Shown: positions 27,069 to 40,029 of the stretch, in pieces
Layout: each line of letters starts with the position of its first letter
Numbering within the stretch: position 1 is the first letter of the stretch
NCBI RefSeq assembly: GCF_009914755.1
Contig: NC_060937.1
DNA length: 64,000 bases
DNA from: the human T2T-CHM13v2.0 reference genome, Homo sapiens
Strand: one strand, 5' to 3'
Notes under the pieces: model-generated
The model's input: the letters and a program-made list of their open reading frames with translations, nothing else
Databases searched by the model: none
Told to the model about the DNA's origin: nothing
Made by a program: the position numbers and the translations under genes

Positions 27069-30000
27069 AAAAACAAAGAGGCAGAGAGAGATACAGAAGA
27101 TAGTTTTCTCTTTAAATGGTAGGGTATCCACAGAAACTCATACACGTAAAATTCCTGTTCTTACTTTGGACACTTCTGTGATATATATCACTAGAGATAC
27201 TTGTATATCTATAAAATAATTATTATGGAGTTTGTAAATATCCATTTATATTTATACAAAATTATTTATCTAAACTTTTGTGTTTTATATAAACACAAAA
27301 CATTTAAAACATTGTTTGACCCAGTCAACAATGTTTTACATGATATATTCATGTTGTAGTATGTAACATTGATGAAACACAAAATAAAATATAAAAAACA
27401 AACAGAAAAACCTACAAGATTTACATCACAAGCAGAATACTTTAAAAAGTCAAATGTGTATTAGCTCCTGAGGGAAGCCTCCAAAAAATCCATAAAAGAT
27501 TATGGTCTCTAGCGGTAAATGCAATTAAATTAGAAATAAATAATCAAATGATTATTTTAAAAACATGTATCTCAAAAGTAAAAATATAGTATGAAAATCA
27601 TTTGTGCTAAATGAAATACAAAGAAATTACAAAATAATTAAAATGTAAAAGCAACTAAAACACTACAAAAAGAACCTGAGTGACACAATGTCACCTATTT
27701 AAGCGTGTATTAAAAACTAAGAACAAATATTAAAGATGACTTCGTTAACTCATCTTGAGCTCAAGAAGCTTGAGTAACAGAATAAAATCAAATAAGTAAG
27801 ATAAAATAAAATGATAAAAATAGGAACAAAAATATTTAAAGGAAGAAATAACATGTAGGATAGATGAATAAAACAAAAATCAGATGATTGGAAAATGATT
27901 AATAAATGTCTACATGAACCTTAGAACTTTAGAATAGTTGTGAAAATAGTTGACAGTTAATAATTTATGTACAAATATGATTTAGAAAGAAGAGCAAATT
28001 AGAGATTAAACTGTAATATAATAAATGGCAATTGCATTGACTCAGGCTGTGTTACTTGGCTACTGTTTAAAATTAAAGGTAAAGATAACATATGCAAATT
28101 AGATGTAGGTACTATTAAATTTAACAAAGATAGGTTAAACAATCCAATTTGATTCCAGTGTTTGAAAGATAAATATTCTTTCAAGAGGCATTGTAACATT
28201 AAAACTTAGTTAAAATGACCTTCCTTTATTTTCCAAAGTAATTTAGAATTGTGGGAAATTAAATTTTCAGGAATTAACAATATTTCGTAGCCTGCTACTA
28301 ATTAACATGATCAATAAACTTATAAATTAAAGTATATTTAAGATAAAATTTTCATGGCCTTTATGTTAACTTTATAAAACATTCCACACAATTTTATATC
28401 AAACTTTAAAACGGATTTTGCTCTTATAGATTATTATATTACATCAAAAGATAAAGAAATTCCTGACCTGTTCTTTTTTAATATTTTGGTATTTTGAAAT
28501 TCCTTCCAAATGCATGAATTTCTATTGTATTAGAACAAACATGCATTAATGCAATTTGTTTGTTAGTGTAGTATAATGGAAGATACATTGAATACTTAAA
28601 AGGTAACTATTATATAGAGCCCAGTGACTAGCTCTTAGTAACCCTCAATAAATTTTTGCTTTTGTAAGGATCATACTAATGTTGGGCTAAAAAGTTGTGC
28701 CTATATAGACAACGTACTTACTGCTGTTCAGCTTTCAATTTCCTCATAACTAAAATTAAAAGAAATGACAGATATATTGACCCTTGCTAACTTTAGTTTG
28801 TAAAATTGTAGAAGTGCCAATTTTTTCTTTGTGCCTGCTAGTGCACAACCACATTGTTCTGAATGTAGGACAGAATAGGGATTGCTTTAATTTTCCTCAT
28901 TTCTTGTGTCCATTAAAACCATGATAATTTTGCAGAACTAACGGTAGCAACAAGTTTGAGAGGGATTCACAATATAAGCATACTAGCCAGAATACTAGCC
29001 CACAAGAAAGCAAAATTGTTAAAGGAAAAATGTAGTGTGACCATTTTCTGCAAATCTATTTCTCAAAGACAAAGCTCTACAAAAAGTTTCCTTACAGATG
29101 TGTTTTGGCTGCAGCAAAATTGGGCAAATTACTTTTCTGCCTTTCATCTACTTCAATTTACCTTTGTAGCCCCTAATCACCCAACATAAACCAATTTAGG
29201 TGTGACCTATTTTCCACTGCCCAGCCAGATAAAGTTTTATTTGGTTCTCTTCAACCAAGTTAATACTGGATTCACTTTCTTTCTTCCATATGTAGTATAG
29301 CTCTTTAGATTACCAATACTATAAGCTATCTAGAATTTCTGGTTCACATAAATTTATTTTCGCCAGGAGAATAATAGCTTTAGAAAAAGTAAAAACTTGC
29401 TCTAATTTATGTCCTAATTGGCCTGGCAATGGACCTAGCACACAATAGGAGCTCAAAGGCTAATGAAAGGAAGAGAGAAAAAGAGTGGGTGAAACAGAGG
29501 AAAAAGGAGAAATACGTAGGCTGCTACTTTGGAGTAGTATTGCAAGAACAACATAATAAAGCAAAATAAGTAATATCAATATATTAAAATTTGACATATA
29601 GCTACTGTTATTTCCTAATTATATCAGTAGTTATCTGAAATTGTTTTCACATTTTTTTGAAATTTAATTAATTTTTACTTTTTGATTTTGAACAAAACCT
29701 CAACCTTACTATATCATACTCCTCAGCACTGAGGAACTCAACATTCTTCCCCTTTCTCCATAACTCACCATCTCCTTACTAAACACTGCCAAAGATATTA
29801 GTGCCAATAAAGAAAACAATGTTAACTGATTAAGCATGTCTTTCCTGGAGACTATGGTGATTACCCCTATCAGGCCTCAATTGCCCTAAAAAATTCTCAT
29901 CTCTATACAGCTAGCTATACCTCTTGAGTTGGCTCATTGTCTCATCCTACAGAGTTAACACCAGACCTTCCACTGATCCCTCTGGATCTATCTCTGTCAG

Positions 30001-30158
30001 ATCTATCTCTAGATAGAGATCTAGAACTCTAGCAACAGATCTGGATGTATCTCTAGATAGAGATCTAGCACTCTGTCAGCAACAAAATTTCTTATATCCT
30101 CATATCCTCATATACTCTTTAGGGTTGCTTAATTTCTCTACTCAAAACCAAGTTGTCA

Positions 30159-30210
30159 GGCTGGGCATGGTGGCTCACACATGTAATCTCAGAACTTTGA
30201 GAGGCTGGGG
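30159..30210 (+). mobile_element. Alu 5' stub (~50 nt)
   Basis: GGCTGGGCATGGTGGCTCACACATGTAATCTCAGAACTTTGAGAGGCTG, then abruptly microsatellite. Confidence 0.85.
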
Positions 30211-30214
30211 TAGC

Positions 30215-30335
30215 TATACATACATATATGTATGTATGTATGTTTGTCTCTCTCTCTCTTTCTCTCTCTCGCTATGTATCTATGTATCTATCTATCTATC
30301 TATCTATCCATCTATCTATCAATCATCTATAGATA
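30215..30335. repeat. Compound microsatellite (TATG)n/(CT)n/(TATC)n
   Basis: Direct observation. Confidence 0.9.
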
Positions 30336-30364
30336 AAGATATAGACCATTTCTTACTGTATACT

Positions 30365-30780
30365 TACTGCAGTCACTTTTAGTTCCAGGAAGCATCTCTC
30401 CTCTGGATTATATCATTTTATCTGCCCTCTTCACAAGCATTCTTGCCTTTCTACAGTCTCACTTTTGCATATGGAATCCAGTGTATCTCCACTCAAATCT
30501 TATCAACAATTCTGTCTCAGAATAAAATCCGGTATCCTTACCAAGATCTAGAAATTAATAGCTAATCTGACTCTGTGTGTTTTATGACTCACCCACTCAC
30601 TGACTTTGTTCTAGAGACTCTGGCATTTCTTTTTTCTCCCAGTTTCTGAGAAAGGCCAAGCATCTACTTCAAATATTACTTTGAGATCTGAAATTACTGT
30701 TACTTCTTTGTGGATTCTTCCCCCAGATATAAGCTTGGCAGTTACCCTCACTCAGTTATCTGCTCAGAGATACTTTACCT
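30365..30780 (+). mobile_element. L2 fragment
   Basis: CATCTCTCCTCTGGATTA, CTCAGAATAAAATCC, CTCACTCAGTTATCTGCTCAGA resemble L2 3' region. Confidence 0.55.
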
Positions 30781-32289
30781 CACAGAAATCATAGACGTTG
30801 AGGTCTAAAAATATTTCCAGGGGAGAGTGATAGACTGAGCTTCACAATTGCTAAACAAAAATATATAGTTTGAAATTGCATATAAATATTAAAAACAATT
30901 TTACTAAATATATGTGTTAATTAAATTGTGTTTTTCAATTTTACTCAGAACTTTTTCTCCATACTTCTCACATCACTGGGAAAAACATTAAGAGCATTCA
31001 TTAAAATGAAAACACACTTAACTTCATTTATTTTGGAGGGATAATTAATTATGTCTACAAAGTGGGTAAAATGCCAATAATATCTTTAAAGAAAAAGGAA
31101 AACAAGGAGATCCAGAGCATCTCGTCAGAACATTATTCAGAGCAATAATGTTGTCAATAGCATTTACAAAGGGATGTATATTAAAGAACTGTTTGGAGGA
31201 GCTTCTGTTGTCTATCTTCAAAGGTTTCAATAGTGACATTGCATGTCTTTTGGAAAAATCTCTCAATGGTCTAGTAAAGCATCTTGGCATGAAATAGTTT
31301 TCCTATAAAGCCTCTTAAATTTTCTTTCACTCTATTTTCACTTGTTTATGTCTTGTTCTTGCTCATTGATTCAGACAACGTATGTTAATTTCATCAATAA
31401 ACATTCAATGTTTTCTTTTTAATGATGATATTTTGCATGTCTCCTAAAATTCCCACATCCACTTCTTTCTCCTGTAATTGGCACGCATACTTTGCTGAAT
31501 TGTTTCACTTTAGGGTTTTACCTTTTCCAGAAGTCAGTCTCCTTTACATAAAAAACAAAAGCAAATGCAAACAAACACTCCACTGTAAGTTCCTTAAGAT
31601 ATACCTTCTCGTTTTTTTGTGAATAACAGCTCATGGTTAAAACATTATCATTTCACATATTTGAGGATTGGAGATAATTAACTATCTCTGGGAAAATTAT
31701 AATTATTTCATTTGTTCAGAAAATTTTAGAGTGCTACTTTAATGGTTACTATACAATTGGAAATTATTAGTTTTCTTATGAAAGGAAAAGGGAATTTGCA
31801 TTTATTCTTACTATGTTTCTAGTAGCTCAATTTTAATGTAATAAACTGAAAGAAACATCAAATTAAAGCACACGTGAAAGAATATCAGAAGAAAGGAAAC
31901 AATTGATGAGGAAGAATTAGATATAGCCCATATTAAAATAGGCTATTTAATTCTGTAGCTGAAGTGGAATTATTTAGATTTAGTTTGGGGTATTCATCTC
32001 AAGTGATCTGAATAAACTTGTCTAGACTAATACAAGTGATAGCTTTGGATTTTTCAGTCCTTTCCATTTACTCAGAGAAAATATGAATTAAGTAGGGTGT
32101 TTGGCTATTTGGGAGCCTGCTTTGTTTTTGATGATGATGATGATGTGGATTTTGAGGTCTTTTGAAACTGAAGGAATACCTGACCTAACTAATTTGCCAG
32201 TATCTATAATAGCTTTATAGGTGTTGTCAATATATTTGTGTTTTGCTCAATAAAGGGTGGTATAAAAAAGGTTGGTGTTTAGTTAGAGT

Positions 32290-32650
32290 AATTTAATTTA
32301 GTTGTTGCTCTTTTTTAAAACAAGTCCAAATGTCAATGGCTTAAGAATATAAAATTTTCTTTCTTACTTACATCATAATTCAAAGCTAAAGAGAAACTCA
32401 GTTTGGTATATATCCTCCCAGTGTTGATCTAGAAATTTATTCTCCATCCATCTTTGACACTGCCATATTAAACACCTGGCTGAAGAAACATCTGAGGATA
32501 GAACAAGTTGTTTTTATGGACCAAGTCTGTAGCTGAGTCATATCAATTGCAATCATATTGCATTGAACAGGTATAAAGTCCCAACATAAATCAAAGTGAG
32601 GCTATAAAATGAATTTGTTCTGTGTTCTTGGAAAGAAAAATAAGAGGGTA
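32290..32650 (-). mobile_element. Old MLT1 (K/L-like) LTR fragment
   Basis: CAATGGCTTAA..TTTCTTACT and CATATTGCATTG..GAGGCTATAAAATG..CTGTGTTCTTGGAAAGA resemble antisense old MLT1. Confidence 0.45.
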
Positions 32651-32942
32651 AACAGGATTTTATAAAAGATAAATGGAAAATTTATCTATAAAATGCCATA
32701 TTTATAACTATTAATTTATACTTTTAAATCTAATAGTTATACACAAATAAATTCCAAAATATTTTTGTTGGGAAAATAAAATGTCTGTGTTCCTATTATA
32801 GTCTAGGTGAAGGCTTAAGATATTAAACTAAAGAAAGTCTCCTAAAACAGAAATAGTGTATTTGAGAACAGTAAGGTATCCTTATTCCTTGCTCACAGCA
32901 ATTTTTTTGGAGTCATAGAGGAATGATATGCTCAACAAATAT

Positions 32943-33150
32943 TGTCAGGCCTCTGAGCCCAAGCTAAGCCATCATATCCCCGGTGACCTGCATGTACACA
33001 TCCAGATGGCCGGTTCCTGCCTTAACTGATGACATTCCACCACGAAAGAAGTGAAAATGGCCTGTTCCTGCCTTACACAAAGCCTGTTTGGTGTGTTTAT
33101 TGCTCACACAAAGCCTGTTTGGTGGTCTCTTCACACGGACACGAGTGAAA
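32943..33150 (+). mobile_element. HERV-H LTR7 solo LTR with large internal deletion
   Basis: TGTCAGGCCTCTGAGCCCAAGCTAAGCC start and TCTCTTCACACGGACACGAGTGAAA end, but only 208 bp; TATA and poly(A) region absent. Confidence 0.93.
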
Positions 33151-33319
33151 TATTCAAATATCAATTTGATTACTTAAAAGCTGTATTAAACAAGATCCAA
33201 GCAAGAAAAAGCTTGAGATAAATGCTAAAAAATTGAATAAAGAGTGTTGGGTTAGAAATCTCCATGTATACACTGATAAGAGCACAGTCAACTTTGTTGA
33301 GGGATAATTTAATGGCAAT

Positions 33320-33772
33320 TTTCATGCGCGTCCGTGTGAAGAGACCACCAAACAGGCTTTGTGTGAGCAACATGGCTGTTTATTTCACCTGGGTGCAGGC
33401 GGGCTGAGTCCGAAAAGAGAGTCAGCGAAGGGAGATAAGGGTGGGGCCGTTTTATAGGATTTGGGTAGGTAAAGGAAAATTACAGTCAAAGGGGGGTTGT
33501 TCTCTGGCGGGCAGGAGTGGGGGTCGCAAGGTGCTCAGTGAGGGTGCTTTTTGAGCCAGGATGAGCCAGGAAAAGGACTTTCACAAGGTAATGTCATCAG
33601 TTAAGGCAAGGACCGGCCATTTACACTTCTTTTGTGGTGGAATGTCATCAGTCAAGGTGGGGCAAGGCATATTCACTTCTTTTGTGATTCTTCAGTTACT
33701 TCAGGCCATCTGGGCGTATACATGCAAGTCACAGGGGATGTGATGGCTTGGCTTGGGCTCAGAGGCCTGACA
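33320..33772 (-). mobile_element. Complete HERV-H LTR7 solo LTR (LTR7up-like)
   Basis: 453 bp; perfect 5-bp TSD GCAAT (33315-33319 / 33773-33777); TATAAAA (minus 33450-33456), AATAAA (minus 33379-33384); many CpGs retained. Confidence 0.97.
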
Positions 33773-34784
33773 GCAATCGTGACTTGAAAATTAGAGATTA
33801 TGCATTCTTTTTGGATATTTACATACTTAACTCTCCCAGAGCAACTTGCTTACATTTTAGGGAGACTTTCACCTTTTCTCCAAAAAGTTATCATTTTTTT
33901 TTTTCATCCCTGAGTAAAGATTTCTTTCCTAAAGGAGGACAGGCCCCCATCAGCCCCCATGTGTAAGCTCTGAGTCTCATAATTTCTGGGATCTCCTTTA
34001 GTGGTGCAACCTCACTGTGTGAATAGGTGAACATTTGGCTCTTATCATCTCACCCCATGGAAAACTGTGACATGGGGAATTGATTCTTAGATACTCTGTG
34101 AATAATAAACAGTCATATCCAAAGATCTCGTATTTCCCGTTAGGACTATTTATAAATATATAGGAACTAACACGGGCTTAGAGCATGGTCAATAACCTTA
34201 TGAAACTATCCTTTGGCCTGTAGAAGCAGAAAGTAGGAGTGGTCACTACAAAACAGGAAGAGTAGTACAAAAACTGACAATTAGGAGTTTGGGGATCCAA
34301 AGGAAAAAAAATACGAATTCTACTTCATTTTCTTCTTTCATTTGGATCTTTTTCAGGTGTCTCGTTTTGGCCAAATACAAGTGGAAATCAGAAAGCCAGT
34401 GACTCCATTGCTGCTATCCATAAAGTTTAGCTTCCTGAGGCACAGAACATGCTACCAAAGGGTGGAGAGTAAATTTGGAAAAGCGAATGGAATGCAGCAC
34501 AGTTCCTATGCTGAAAGATGATATGCTTTATGCTTAAAAGATTATTAAACACATAAACTTCCAACTATGGCTGACCTGTGAGATATGGCTCTGTGAGATT
34601 TGGCTGAACTTTTCCCTCAAAAATTCCCTGAACTAGAAATTCTTCTGCTCTAAAAACTCAATCATATCCAGAGTACAGATGAATTCTCCTATCTATCCAT
34701 TTGTTTATCTTTCTTATTATTTTAAAATCACAATCACTTTTGACAAAACAAAACTTCTTTAAAAGTACTGTTTAGCACACACCC

Positions 34785-35351
34785 TATGGTGATTACCAAT
34801 GTGTCACACTGTTGAATGAGGATGGAAGCTGTGAATTGCATCTAATGAACAAAATATGGCAAAAGCGAGGGGCTGTTACTCCCTTTATTGGGTTACACTA
34901 TGTAAAATTCACTATTAAGCAGATGAGTGAGATAGACTTCCTTGCTGACTTGGAAGTTTTATGTTGCCATTTGTAAGAAGGCCTCTGAGAGGAACACATG
35001 ACAAAAAACTGTGGCCTAGAGGAGGTGAGTGCCCCCCACCCGTAACCAGCAAGAACCCCCCACCACCGATAGCTTCCAGAGTATAAATTATCCCAAGTAC
35101 ATGAATGATATAGAAAACAGATTCTTGCCAGTCAAGCCTCCAGATAGGAATGCAGTCCAGCAAATGTTCTTGATTGAAGCATTATGAGGGTTTAATCTCA
35201 ATAATCTAATAATGATCAGACTACATTAGCATAGAACCAACTAAGCTGCATCTGGACTCCTGTTATCCTGTAGTGTCTATAAGATAACAAAAGTGTATTA
35301 GCTTAAGCCTCTAAATGTGTGGTAATTCATTACAAAGAAGAAAAACTAGTA
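34785..35351 (+). mobile_element. MLT1E-like MaLR LTR
   Basis: ATATGGCAAAAG, CCAGCAAGAA, CAGATTCTTGCCAGTCAAGCCTCCAGAT, TTAAGCCTCTAAATGTGTGGTAATT. Confidence 0.75.
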
Positions 35352-37724
35352 TTAGTATTGACAATATTATTTTGAACATTGTTTTTACAATGATCTCAGC
35401 TTATTGTGTGTGATCCTGAATTCCTCATTAACTCCATGGCAGTTTGCCATAATTCATTATATTTTATCAGAAAATATCAATATTAAGCAATACCATTACT
35501 TCAAGTTAAGATAGGCTCACTAGGAAAAATATTATTTCATATAAAGTATAAAATTTGGATATAAAGTATAAAAACAACCTCATATATAGATTTTGATATT
35601 AAAAATAAAAATATGTTTGCTTAAAAAAAGAAGGACCCGATATTGTTGATTTTCTGAATATGGTTCCTTCTCTGATGTAAACACTGGTCAAATAAATGGG
35701 GGAATGAGGAAGGATAGTATAAACTTACATGGCTTTATGTTCAGAAATTATGTATTGTCAAGCACAAAGGGAAGCTTTAAGCTAATTTAAATTATTCTTT
35801 ACTTATTATGGATTATGTAAATTTATTTAGAGATTTTCAACACCTGAACAAGGATGCATTAACTGTAACCAATTAACAATCTAATAGCTATCACATTATA
35901 TTGTTTACTTCTTTCATGCTGTCAACTTAAAGTGTGTAAAAATTCAGTAATTTTTTTCCCCTCAGTAAAGCTGGGGAATGATTTTCTGTAAGTATGGATT
36001 TAGTGGTCTCCCTTTAAATGTAATTGCATCCGAGCGAACTTCCTACTATCTTTCTAGGCTCCTGCTGTTTTTGTGACAGTCAGTGCTGGCTCTAATCTTA
36101 TTGTTAATGTCAAAGACCAAGCGTGACAGCTCCAGACAAGATAGGCTCCAGTGAATGGCAGAGTAATCAGGCTGGAAAAGAACTGGCGCATTCATAAAGG
36201 ATCAGACCCTGGAAAGTCGCTATCAGCATGTTCACATGTTTGCTTCTTTTCTAATACTGATGGCAGGTAGATCATTTAACATTGTGTCTTTATGTCAAAG
36301 ATTATTTGAAATTTGTGTTATTCTAATACTCTAAACCAAACTGAATAAAAATGTTGTATTTGACAGTATTATCAATATACAAAATTCAAAATATCTGAGG
36401 GCATTCTGTGAAAATATGGTATTTTACAAACTGTGCAAAGAATGTTCCTTCACCATCTCACACTTGTTTTCCTAAAATGCAATATGGAACAGTTTCTGTT
36501 CAAATTATAAAGATGTATAAGTTTCTTTTTGTCTTTATGATTTATATTCTATTTAATAATGACATAATTCAAGCAATTAAGTAAAATTTATATTTTATGC
36601 TCCAAAAGATAAGAACACATTAGTCAACTTAGTATATTGTACATGTCCAATAAATGTTAAGAACATGAAGAAAATCTAAGTAGTAATATTTTATTTCTGT
36701 GAAATATTTTATGATATATCTTTTTAAAGGGATAACAGCGTTTACATTTCTTAAGGAAAATATACATGACATTCAAGCGGTTATATTGTGTGTGTTTCTA
36801 AGTTTCTTACAAGCAGTTATATTGTGTGTTTCTAAGTTTCTTATACAATACTTTTTGAAAAATGTACTGTATCTTATTTTAAGAAATTTCACTATATGTA
36901 TATATAGTTACATATATAGATGTTAAAACAAATTTTGCAAAAGATACTTTATAATATTTAGCATCACTTCAATTTATCAGGAAAAGAAAAACACATGAAT
37001 GTTTTTCTTAAGTAACTGGTCCTCCAGTTACTTAAGGGCTCATATTAAGTCCTTAAGTGATAGTATATATGTGATATGTATAATAGTATAAATATACCAT
37101 TAAAGAGAATGTTAATTGCTCACTTTAGATGATATACAGAAAAAGATGTTCTCTTTTGGGTAAACGTTTAATAGATTTTTAAAATACCTGAGGGATGTAT
37201 TCAGTATTTGGGGGATATATGGCTAGTGAAAAAATACACGGGAAAATGACTGTCTTTTAAATTTTAAGACAATAAACTTATTATAGTTTTGCTGATATAC
37301 ATTCCGATGTTTATAATAATTAACTCACAATTTTTAATAATATTAATTTCCCATAACTGCCTGATGAGCTAGTAAAGAAATATTGGTTTATATTAAAATA
37401 CATTTGTATTTAATATATTTATTTTTATATTTATAGTGTATAAATTTTAAATTTTTATATTTATGTAATTTTTATTCCTCAAAATAACCACCTATTCTAG
37501 ATATGTTATCATTATATAAAACCTGGATTCAAAATGCAAATTTTTTAAAGTTGTATTTCATAATTATTGACTGTAATCAATAATAACAAATCTTTCAACC
37601 AATGGACCTACAAGAGTTAGTTTTTAATTGATTTTTAAAGGAGCTGTTTTATTGGCAGAGAATAAGATAGGGCTAGCTCTCTTCTTCCAAAAAAAACAAT
37701 AACTCTGTCATGGAGTTTGTTGGG

Positions 37725-37842
37725 GTCCCAGCCTCAGGACCTAGTTACACCTTAAAAGCCTCACCTCCTAATACCGTCCTTTTGGGTGTTAAGCTGTCAA
37801 TACAGAAATTTTGGGGATGACACAAATATGCAGTCCATAAGA
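37725..37842 (-). mobile_element. MaLR (MLT1A/MST-like) LTR 5' fragment
   Basis: CCTCACCTCCTAATACC..AATTTTGGGGATGACACAAATATGCAGTCCATA. Confidence 0.6.
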
Positions 37843-40029
37843 TGCAGTATGTGTACAGTTGCAAAAGCAGGACAGTGATTAATGGAAGAGTATTGAGTGA
37901 ACTAGTCATTTTTCTGCCATCTTCCCTCAGCTCAATTCTGACACCAACAGAAGCAATGATGGATTAATGTTTTGTACAAAAAAAGAATGAAACCTCAAAC
38001 ATCCTGCATAACTCTCATCTTTCTGCTTTTCTTCATCAGTTTTCCATGAAGTGGAAAGCAATTAATACTTCCAGCAAGTGCCCTCATCCAATGTGGGAAT
38101 GGGAGCTGGTGTGCAAATCTGCAGAAGGACCATAAGAATCCCTTGTACTTCAGACCTCTTGTACCTCTGATCCACATTCAGAGGGCTCAGGAGAGTTGGG
38201 TCACAGTGGTCTACAGCAGTAGCCTCCCAAACAAAACATCTTCCTGTGATTCTTCCATTTTCTCTGTCTCACACACTTGCACCCTTCCTGCTTCCTCACA
38301 TCACCTCCAGGTAATCAACTATACCCAACTTCTTTTCACAGACTTTGCTTTCAGTCACTGAAATATACAAATATAAAGGTTCTTTCTTTCTTTATGTAAA
38401 TTATACAAGAATAACAATGATGAAAGGTGTACAAGAATAAGGGACAATATAATTCTTCTGATTAGAGTAGCATGTTTCCCTAGCCCTCATCTTCCCAAAA
38501 CAGACACCCTACTTATCAACACTTGATAGAGGTGAGAAACCCTTCAGTCCTTTAAGAAGTTTGTATTGCACTTTCAATGTGTATTGATATAAATTCTTGG
38601 CCTTCTTTTCTTTTTCTGGGAAGTCTGACTATATATTAGTTTGCCTACAACACTGCAAGTACCCAGAAAACAAATCAAAACATTTTAAAAAGCCGTAGGT
38701 TCCTGATTATTGATTCTGAGCGTGAATTGAAGGCTAATTTGCCAGGTGCACCATCTCCACTAATAGCCATCCCAGTCTTTACATCTGCCTGTAGTGCCTT
38801 CTTGTAGTGTGAGAAAAACTAGGCTTCCCCTTAGAGGAGTGCATAGAAGGTGAAAACAGACATGAATTTCTAAAATGTGAAACAGATTTTTTTTTAACTC
38901 TAGTAAATTAGAGTCAGCAGAGACCATGTATATAATTTAAAGTTTCTTGCTCAAGTAGCATACTTGAGTAAATAAAAAGAGTATGGGAAATTTTTCCAAA
39001 TTGGGGCCTGAGATTGGCCCCTTCTCACAGTTATTTAGGTAGTGCATATTACGATTTCAGAATTTGTCATTCATGTTGTAGTATTTAAAATGGAGCCCAC
39101 GTTATAATCATTTTTTTTCTGCACACAATAATCACCAACAGTTTATTACATTTTTGCCTGAATGTGAAACATTGATGCCAGATGTACATCGTTTGTAAAG
39201 CCACTGACTAAACCATGTGGTTTATAAATCCTATTTACCTGCCAGTTTTTATACCTATGTCTCATCTCCATTGTTTAGAGAGAAACTTTGTGACATTCAG
39301 TCTTTAATAGAGCAAGAGAAAGTTGGAATTGTGTTTTCACAAAAACCATGCATTCAGCCTTGGAAAAAGTAGTAAATAGATCAGAAAAATTCCTCTCTCT
39401 TTTGTAAGGCGAACTAAGCTGTTCTCCAAGACTCTTTGATGTAAACTGGAGGATAATCTCTCTGAAGTCATCCCTGAGCCAGCTTCTGAGCACTATCAGC
39501 TCTAAGATTTAACAGCATTTCAAAGATTCACATCTGTGGTAGAGGACTGAAGGTAATAAGGACAATATCTGATCATTGCATGGCATCACATTCACTAGAT
39601 ACATAAAATATTTAGACTACTGTCTGAATTTTAGTTTCATTAAATTTCTATCGCTTTACAATTAAAAAAAAATACAGTTGTGTCCTGGCCCAGGGAAAGA
39701 GGCCTTCATAAGTTTGGATGGTCATTAAACAGTAGATTGAAGCATCTTTGTGTAAAGTTATAAAGAATTATACATTATATTTTAGTTGTTTTTTCAGTGA
39801 ATTTATTTGTTATTCTTAGACCTGAGGGGGTCAGGTGGTTACATTATTAATTATTTTTACTAATAGTACATCATCAGAAATATATCTTTAAAAAACTGAA
39901 GTAATTCTGGTGAAGCATACGTAATGACTGATATTCCATATATATGTAAATTATATATATACTAACATATACGTATGTGTCTATATATATTTATATATAT
40001 ATATGTATATATACACTAATTCTTACAGT

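Noticed and set aside
31045-31290. 81-aa ATG ORF on the minus strand in apparently unique DNA
   Set aside because: No recognisable domain or splice context; length is compatible with chance.
33800-34500. Probable old ERVL-class LTR fragments (MER21/68/77-like, LTR33-like)
   Set aside because: Resemblance too weak to assign family or boundaries without a search; the same applies to degraded L1M-like tracts at about 2100-3870, 27300-27960 and 55900-57240.
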